DNA from: Longimicrobiales bacterium | Lineage (GTDB): Bacteria; Gemmatimonadota; Gemmatimonadetes; Longimicrobiales; Gaopeijiaceae | Direction of reading: 5' to 3' | NCBI GenBank assembly: GCA_965204735.1 | Contig: OZ242008.1 | Span: 1,152,001 to 1,216,000, forward strand | DNA: 64,000 nt | Shown: positions 58,947 to 64,000 of the stretch, piece by piece | How positions within the stretch are numbered: position 1 is the stretch's first letter | Layout: every line of letters begins with the position of its first letter | Notes under the pieces: model-generated | Databases searched by the model: none | Seen by the model: the letters and a program-made list of their open reading frames with translations, nothing else | Told to the model about the DNA's origin: nothing | Made by a program: the position numbers and the translations under genes

Positions 58947-59076
58947 GGAGGATCGGCTCCGGCTGCTGGGGGGTTTGCCGCGACTCGCGGGCGAGTACAA
59001 GATACCGGGTGCGCCAAGGATCGCTTCTCGTCCCAAGACGCCTATTGTGCCGCCCCCCTCGTCAGGAGAGCCGCTG

Positions 59077-60570
59077 GTGACCCGACTTTCGCGCGCCGAC
59101 AGCAGCCCAACCGCTTCTCCCAGCAGGAGCCCATGCCGGCGTGCCGGCGTCCCAAGCGTTCTCCTTGCGCTGGCCGGCTGGACGTCGGCGTGCATCGGCG
59201 ACGGGATCCCCGGCTCGGCCGACGCCCCGGACGCCGCGGACGGCATCCTGGTGGACGGGGGCACGGTGGTGGTCATGGACGATGCCGGGACCATTCTCGA
59301 GGGCGGCGCGGTGCTGGTGGAGGGCGACCGCATCGCCGCGCTGCTGGACGCGACGGCGCCTCGGCCCCAGGGCGTCCGGGTGATCGACGCCGCCGGACAC
59401 CTGGTGATCCCGGGGCTGGTCAACGCCCACGGACACGCCGCGATGTCGCTCCTTCGGGGACTTGCCGACGACCTGCCGCTGATGACGTGGCTGGAGCGGC
59501 ACATCTTCCCGGTGGAGGCGGAGCTGGTCGCTCCCGACTTCGTGTACTGGGGCACCTTGCTGGCGGCTGCCGAGATGCTGCGCAACGGCACCACCACCTT
59601 CGCGGACATGTACTACTTCCGGGACGACGTGGCTCGGGCGGCGGTCCAGGCGGGGATCCGAGCGGTGACGGGTCCCGGGATCATCGGCTTCCCGGCGCCC
59701 GACTTTCCCACTCCCGATGCGTCGCTCCAGGACGCCGCCTCGTTCCTGGAGAAGTACCGGGACCACCCGCTGATCGTTCCCGGCGTGTCGGCCCACGCCC
59801 TCTACACCACGCCCCTGGACGCCGTGGAGCGAGCGGCCCGGCTGGCGGTCGAGCACGACGCCGTCTTCCAGATCCACGCGGCGGAAGACGCCAGCGAGGA
59901 CTCCACCACCCGAGCGGCGACGGGGATGGGCGTCGTGGAGGCGCTGGGGTCGGCCGGCGTGCTGCGCCCGGGCACCGTGCTTGCCCACGCCGTCTACCTC
60001 TCCGATCAGGACATCGCCCAGATCGCCGCGTCGGGCGCCGGGATGGCGCACAACCCCCAGAGCAACATGAAGCTGGGCATTGCCGCAGCCTCTCCGGTCC
60101 CCAAGGCCCTGGCCTCCGGCATTCCCGTGGGGCTCGGGACCGACGGCCCCGCAAGCAACAACGACCTGGACCTCTTCGACGAGATGGACGCGGCCGCCAA
60201 GCTCCACAAGTTCGTCTCCGGTGATCCGTCGGTCCTCCCGGCCGAAGCCGTCTTCCGCATGGCGACGGCGGACGGAGCCCGCGCTCTGAACCTCCACGAC
60301 CGGATCGGCTCGCTGGAGCCCGGAAAGCTGGCCGACCTCGTGCTGCTGGACGCGGGCAGGCCCGGCCTGACGCCGCTGTACCGCGTCTACTCGCACCTGG
60401 TCTACGCAGCCCGAGGGAGCGACGTGGCGACGGTGCTGGTGAACGGTCGGGTAGTCGTGGAGAGGGGGCGCGTGGTGTCGGTGGACGAGCAGGAAGTCAT
60501 GGACCGTGCCCGGGGCTTCGCAGGCCGGGTGCGGGAGGTCGTGGAGCGGGTGGCGGACGAGGCCCGTTGA
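59077..60570 (+). CDS. amidohydrolase, MTA/SAH deaminase-like
   Basis: NAHGH, WLERHIFPVE, GTTTFADMY, HAAE, SNMKL, GTDGPASNN; GTG start after AGGAG. Confidence 0.88.
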   Translation: MTRLSRADSSPTASPSRSPCRRAGVPSVLLALAGWTSACIGDGIPGSADAPDAADGILVDGGTVVVMDDAGTILEGGAVLVEGDRIAALLDATAPRPQGVRVIDAAGHLVIPGLVNAHGHAAMSLLRGLADDLPLMTWLERHIFPVEAELVAPDFVYWGTLLAAAEMLRNGTTTFADMYYFRDDVARAAVQAGIRAVTGPGIIGFPAPDFPTPDASLQDAASFLEKYRDHPLIVPGVSAHALYTTPLDAVERAARLAVEHDAVFQIHAAEDASEDSTTRAATGMGVVEALGSAGVLRPGTVLAHAVYLSDQDIAQIAASGAGMAHNPQSNMKLGIAAASPVPKALASGIPVGLGTDGPASNNDLDLFDEMDAAAKLHKFVSGDPSVLPAEAVFRMATADGARALNLHDRIGSLEPGKLADLVLLDAGRPGLTPLYRVYSHLVYAARGSDVATVLVNGRVVVERGRVVSVDEQEVMDRARGFAGRVREVVERVADEAR

Positions 60571-60664
60571 CGCCGGGGCGAGCCCGTGCCACTGTACAGC
60601 ACGGGTTACTGCCCATCCGAGCGACTTCATGAAGACAACTGCCATGGGGGGATAGCCAGACAGC

Positions 60665-61120
60665 ATGAAATCCCTAAAGATCACTCCCGACTTCACGTTC
60701 ATCGCGTCACCGGGCCAATTCATCGCGTCACCGGGCCAGCAGGTCAAGATGAACCTGCTGGACGCCCTGTCTCGCGAGCAACAAAAACAGGTGGAGCGGG
60801 CCCGCAAGGCGGGAAGGGCGGTCGACATCAACGGCAAGATCGTGGTCTCTTTCCTGGAGGTCGGAGAGGACGAGGACAAGATGACGGAACTTCCCGGCGT
60901 CGGCGTAGTTCTCGACAGTGAAATAAAGTTCGACGCCAAGCCGAGAGCTATGGAATTGATCCGCGATGTCCTGGATGTGCTGACCAGCGCGTGTGTCCGC
61001 AAGAAGCCGATAAAGGTCCGCACGCAACTGGGAGAAGGCTCTTACAAGGTGACGCGCTTGGGCATAGAGGAGAACAGCACGTTGCTGACTTTCGCGAAGG
61101 AAGTGCCCACAGGTAGTTGA
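60665..61120 (+). CDS. hypothetical protein (151 aa), atypical composition
   Basis: Protein-like composition in an AT-richer islet; no recognised motif; alternative start ATG 60749. Confidence 0.6.
   Translation: MKSLKITPDFTFIASPGQFIASPGQQVKMNLLDALSREQQKQVERARKAGRAVDINGKIVVSFLEVGEDEDKMTELPGVGVVLDSEIKFDAKPRAMELIRDVLDVLTSACVRKKPIKVRTQLGEGSYKVTRLGIEENSTLLTFAKEVPTGS
60698..60739 (+). repeat. 21-bp tandem duplication (FIASPGQ x2)
   Basis: TTCATCGCGTCACCGGGCCAA followed by TTCATCGCGTCACCGGGCCAG. Confidence 0.95.
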
Positions 61121-61170
61121 GCTTGCGTTGAGCCTGCTCTATCCCGTAAAGCATAAAGGAGGTATCCATC

Positions 61171-61399
61171 ATGGCTGATGAAAAGCGTTTTCGTGTATCG
61201 GCAGAGTGTTGGCACCAAGGCGATAGTCGTAGTGACCTGCACGCTTGCATTCTGGACTCCTGCGTTTGATAGGGTCCTGAAGTTGCTGGAAACCATGGGA
61301 TCAGTGGGATGGAATGCGGGGATCACGATTGCCGCAGCGATTGTCGGCAGCCGCATCGCGCTTGCTTTCCCGCTCCGCCGTCGGCTGCGTGAAGACTAA
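61171..61399 (+). other. small ORF locus: 32-aa ORF (61171-61269) overlapping a 73-aa hydrophobic ORF (61178-61399)
   Basis: Perfect AAGGAGGT SD 7 nt before ATG 61171; the second frame has two hydrophobic segments. Confidence 0.4.
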
Positions 61400-61468
61400 T
61401 CTGCCTTCTGCGACGAGCGTACACAAGACATTGCCCAAACGAGCTTCCTGATCTCGAACACTCCGTCG

Positions 61469-62650
61469 GTGCGAGTCGCCCGCTTCCTGAGGGGCTGGTT
61501 TCGGGGCCAAGCCCTGCACGCCGAGTGGGGGAGCGGCGAAGGGAAGGCGGGCGCTGACGGCGGAAGCGCTTGGCCTCCCGAAGTTGCCGGAGTGCGTGCC
61601 GAGACCCGCGAGGTCGCGAGCCACGCATGGTCGGGCCGTCCGCCCGTTCGCGCCCGATGGTACGTGCGGGAGCGTGCGCGACGGCCGCTCCCGGGATGGC
61701 TCCTGCTGCACGGCGTCGCTGTGCAGGGACCCGACCATCCGGCGCTGGTGCGCTTCGCCGCGGCGGTGGCGTCGTCGGGCGCGGCCGTCATGGTCCCGGA
61801 GGTTCCGACCTGGAGCCGACTCGACCTGGACCCGGCGCCGGCCGATCCGATCGTGGAGCGGGCGGTGGAGTACCTGATCGGGGACTCGATGGTCGCGCCG
61901 GGGGGCGTCACGCTCGCCGGCTTCTCCTTCGGCTGCCCCCAAGCCATCCGGCTGGCCGCGGAGCTGGGGACGACCGGACGCCTGCGGGGAGTCGTCGGCT
62001 TTGGCGGGTACTGCGACCTGGAGGCGGCGGTCCGGTTCGGCCTGACGGGCGCCTACGAGCACGAGGGTCGGCCGCGACGCGCCGAGCCCGACCCCTACGG
62101 TCGCTGGGTGCTCGGCGCCAACTACCTGCACCGAACTCCGGGCTGCGAAGGAGCGGAGGAGGCGTCGGAAGCCCTGCGAGCGCTGGCGCGAGAGGCGGGC
62201 GAACGGGGCCTGCTGGCGTGGGACCCCTTCTACGACGCCATGAAGTCGGAACTCGCCGCCCCGATGTCCGCCCGCAACCGCGAGCTCTTCCGCGTCTTTG
62301 CTCCCCCCGCCGGAGCCGAGCCCGACGCGGCCGCTGCCGAGCGCATCGTCCCGCTGATCGCGCGCGCGGCCCGTCGCGCCCACCCGCACCTCGAGCTGCC
62401 CAGGTCGCTGGACGTGGCCGCGCTGCCCCCGGTGCGCCTCCTCCACGGCCTCGACGACCCCCTCGTGCCCTTCACCGAGACCCTGGCGCTGGAGCGCCGG
62501 CTTCGGGAAGCAGACCCGGCGGTGGATCTGCGTACTACCGTCACGAGTCTCTTCGGCCACGCCCGCGAGGCCGCGCCGATGCGCTCCCGGCCCGGCGAAG
62601 CGGTTCGCTTCCTGGCCGCCATGCGGGAGATGCTCTCGCTGTCGGGTTAG
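61469..62650 (+). CDS. alpha/beta hydrolase fold protein
   Basis: LLHG, GFSFG nucleophile elbow, LHGLDDPLVP, C-terminal His (LFGH). Confidence 0.8.
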   Translation: MRVARFLRGWFRGQALHAEWGSGEGKAGADGGSAWPPEVAGVRAETREVASHAWSGRPPVRARWYVRERARRPLPGWLLLHGVAVQGPDHPALVRFAAAVASSGAAVMVPEVPTWSRLDLDPAPADPIVERAVEYLIGDSMVAPGGVTLAGFSFGCPQAIRLAAELGTTGRLRGVVGFGGYCDLEAAVRFGLTGAYEHEGRPRRAEPDPYGRWVLGANYLHRTPGCEGAEEASEALRALAREAGERGLLAWDPFYDAMKSELAAPMSARNRELFRVFAPPAGAEPDAAAAERIVPLIARAARRAHPHLELPRSLDVAALPPVRLLHGLDDPLVPFTETLALERRLREADPAVDLRTTVTSLFGHAREAAPMRSRPGEAVRFLAAMREMLSLSG

Positions 62651-62807
62651 CTCAGCAGTCGGCCTCCTCCAGCCGATGGCATGGCCCGGCCAGAAGCAAG
62701 ATGCGTCTGGAAGCTGGGCGTTTGGATAGCTGGATCGGCCTACGTTCGCGGTTGTGACCCCGGGTTGCGAGCGAGGGATGCGGGCGCGGCTCGTGTGGCC
62801 GTTCCGC

Positions 62808-62836
62808 TTGACCTGCTCTCCCATGCCGCGTATCGT
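62808..62836 (+). promoter_or_regulatory. sigma70-type promoter
   Basis: TTGACC-17 nt-TATCGT. Confidence 0.6.
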
Positions 62837-62886
62837 CCATCCGGTGGGGTTGCCCGACGGGGTGCTCCTCATGCCCAAGGAGACCA

Positions 62887-63156
62887 ATGGTACGCTTCGA
62901 CATGTTGCCGCGCTTGGCTCCCGACTTCCACTGCGACACCGTTGGGGAGGCCCTCGCCGAGGTTTCCAGACGAAAGGCGTCTCCAATCGCCGAGGACGCA
63001 GCGACCCGGTTCGACCGATCTCCCTACGGGGGCTACCGCGTCTTCACCGTCTCGCTGAGCTTCGCGATGGACATGCTTGAGGACCCTGTAGTCTCGAGAA
63101 GGTTCGTGAGCACCGAACCGCCAGGACCCTCTCTTTACGACCAGGATCCGATCTAG
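62887..63156 (+). CDS. hypothetical protein (89 aa)
   Basis: AAGGAG SD and upstream promoter; no recognised family. Confidence 0.6.
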   Translation: MVRFDMLPRLAPDFHCDTVGEALAEVSRRKASPIAEDAATRFDRSPYGGYRVFTVSLSFAMDMLEDPVVSRRFVSTEPPGPSLYDQDPI

Positions 63157-63342
63157 CCATGGAAGGCAACAAGAATCCAGCTGAATGCAATCGATGAACG
63201 GCAGTCCGTTTTCATACGGACAAACTTCACAGGGACGATGCATTCCGCAACCGCCGCTGGGCTCGAAACTGATTCCCGGCGCCAAGCTCCCAGGTACGTT
63301 CTAACGCACAACGACAAGATGCACGACCCCAAAGGATCCGCC

Positions 63343-64000
63343 ATGTCCAACCCCAGTCCCTCCGTGCCGTCCATCCTTCGCCCCGCCCCAGCCCAAGACA
63401 AGAAGCCACCGGCCGCCGGCGAAGGCTTCTCGTCCCCGCGCCTTGCACCCGCGCGCATCGTCGCCGTGGCCAACGCCGTCCTGGCCTTCGCATCCGTGCT
63501 GGGCGCCGTTCCCCTTCAAGCTCAGCTCGCCACCCAGCAGCTCGACGCCCTCCGCCCCCGCAACATCGGCCCGGCGGTGATGAGCGGGCGGATCGTGGAC
63601 TTGGCCGTCGTCGAGTCCGACCCGATCAAGTTCTACGTCGCGTCGGCCACCGGCGGCGTCTTCAAGACGGCGGACAACGGGATCACCCTGCTTCCCGTCT
63701 TCGAGAGCGAAGGGACCCATTCCGTCGGGGCGATCGCGGTTCACCAAACGGACACGTCGGTTGTGTGGGTTGGCACCGGCGAGCGCGCCAACCGCCAGAG
63801 TTCGTCGTGGGGCGACGGCGTGTACAAGAGCACCGACGGCGGCGCCACCTGGACCAACATGGGACTGCGGGAAAGCCGACACGTTGGCCGGATCGCCCTG
63901 CACCCGGACGACTCGGAGCTCGTGTACGTCGCGGCGATGGGCCACCTGTGGGGACCGAACGACGAGCGGGGGCTCTACCGAAGCGCCGACGGCGGCGACA
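63343..64000 (+). CDS. exported VPS10/sortilin-like BNR-repeat protein (glycosyl hydrolase-like), truncated by window end
   Basis: Not in the ORF track; translated by eye: signal peptide, RNIGPAVMSGRI, GGVFKT, VWVGTGE, GDGVYKSTDGGATW, ERGLYRS. Confidence 0.9.
   Translation, partial: MSNPSPSVPSILRPAPAQDKKPPAAGEGFSSPRLAPARIVAVANAVLAFASVLGAVPLQAQLATQQLDALRPRNIGPAVMSGRIVDLAVVESDPIKFYVASATGGVFKTADNGITLLPVFESEGTHSVGAIAVHQTDTSVVWVGTGERANRQSSSWGDGVYKSTDGGATWTNMGLRESRHVGRIALHPDDSELVYVAAMGHLWGPNDERGLYRSADGGD

Overview
High-GC bacterial chromosome segment, probably Gemmatimonadota (inferred from RpoC/RpoA N-termini, the L22 loop and a long SecA; not confirmed). Bases 1-29.8 kb are one uninterrupted + strand superoperon: rplJL-rpoBC-str-S10-spc-alpha. 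It lacks rpsN and infA at their usual positions, and L4, RpoA and RpoC carry acidic C-terminal tails. A nucleotide-sugar cluster follows (WbpA-like dehydrogenase, rfbD/A/B without rfbC, ugd, UDP-glucuronate decarboxylase with a duplicated-start stub), then TPR lipoprotein-bamD-nadD-secA-radC. From 43.8 kb the region is more accessory-like: a stand-alone WYL gene with repeat-rich upstream DNA, moeB, recQ, a penicillin-acylase family gene, a solitary fused nuclease/adenine-methyltransferase (type IIG-like), DUF418, two amidohydrolases, an AAA/DUF4143 gene with a palindrome-overlapped leaderless promoter, two AT-richer islets with unrecognised ORFs, and a truncated VPS10/BNR protein. No rRNA, tRNA, CRISPR array, transposase or integrase was seen. 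No complete novel system is demonstrable from sequence alone. The best leads are the WYL locus, the solitary RM-like fusion, the AAA/DUF4143 regulatory module, the islet ORFs and two structured intergenic RNAs. All calls are by eye from motifs and gene order; no searches were run.
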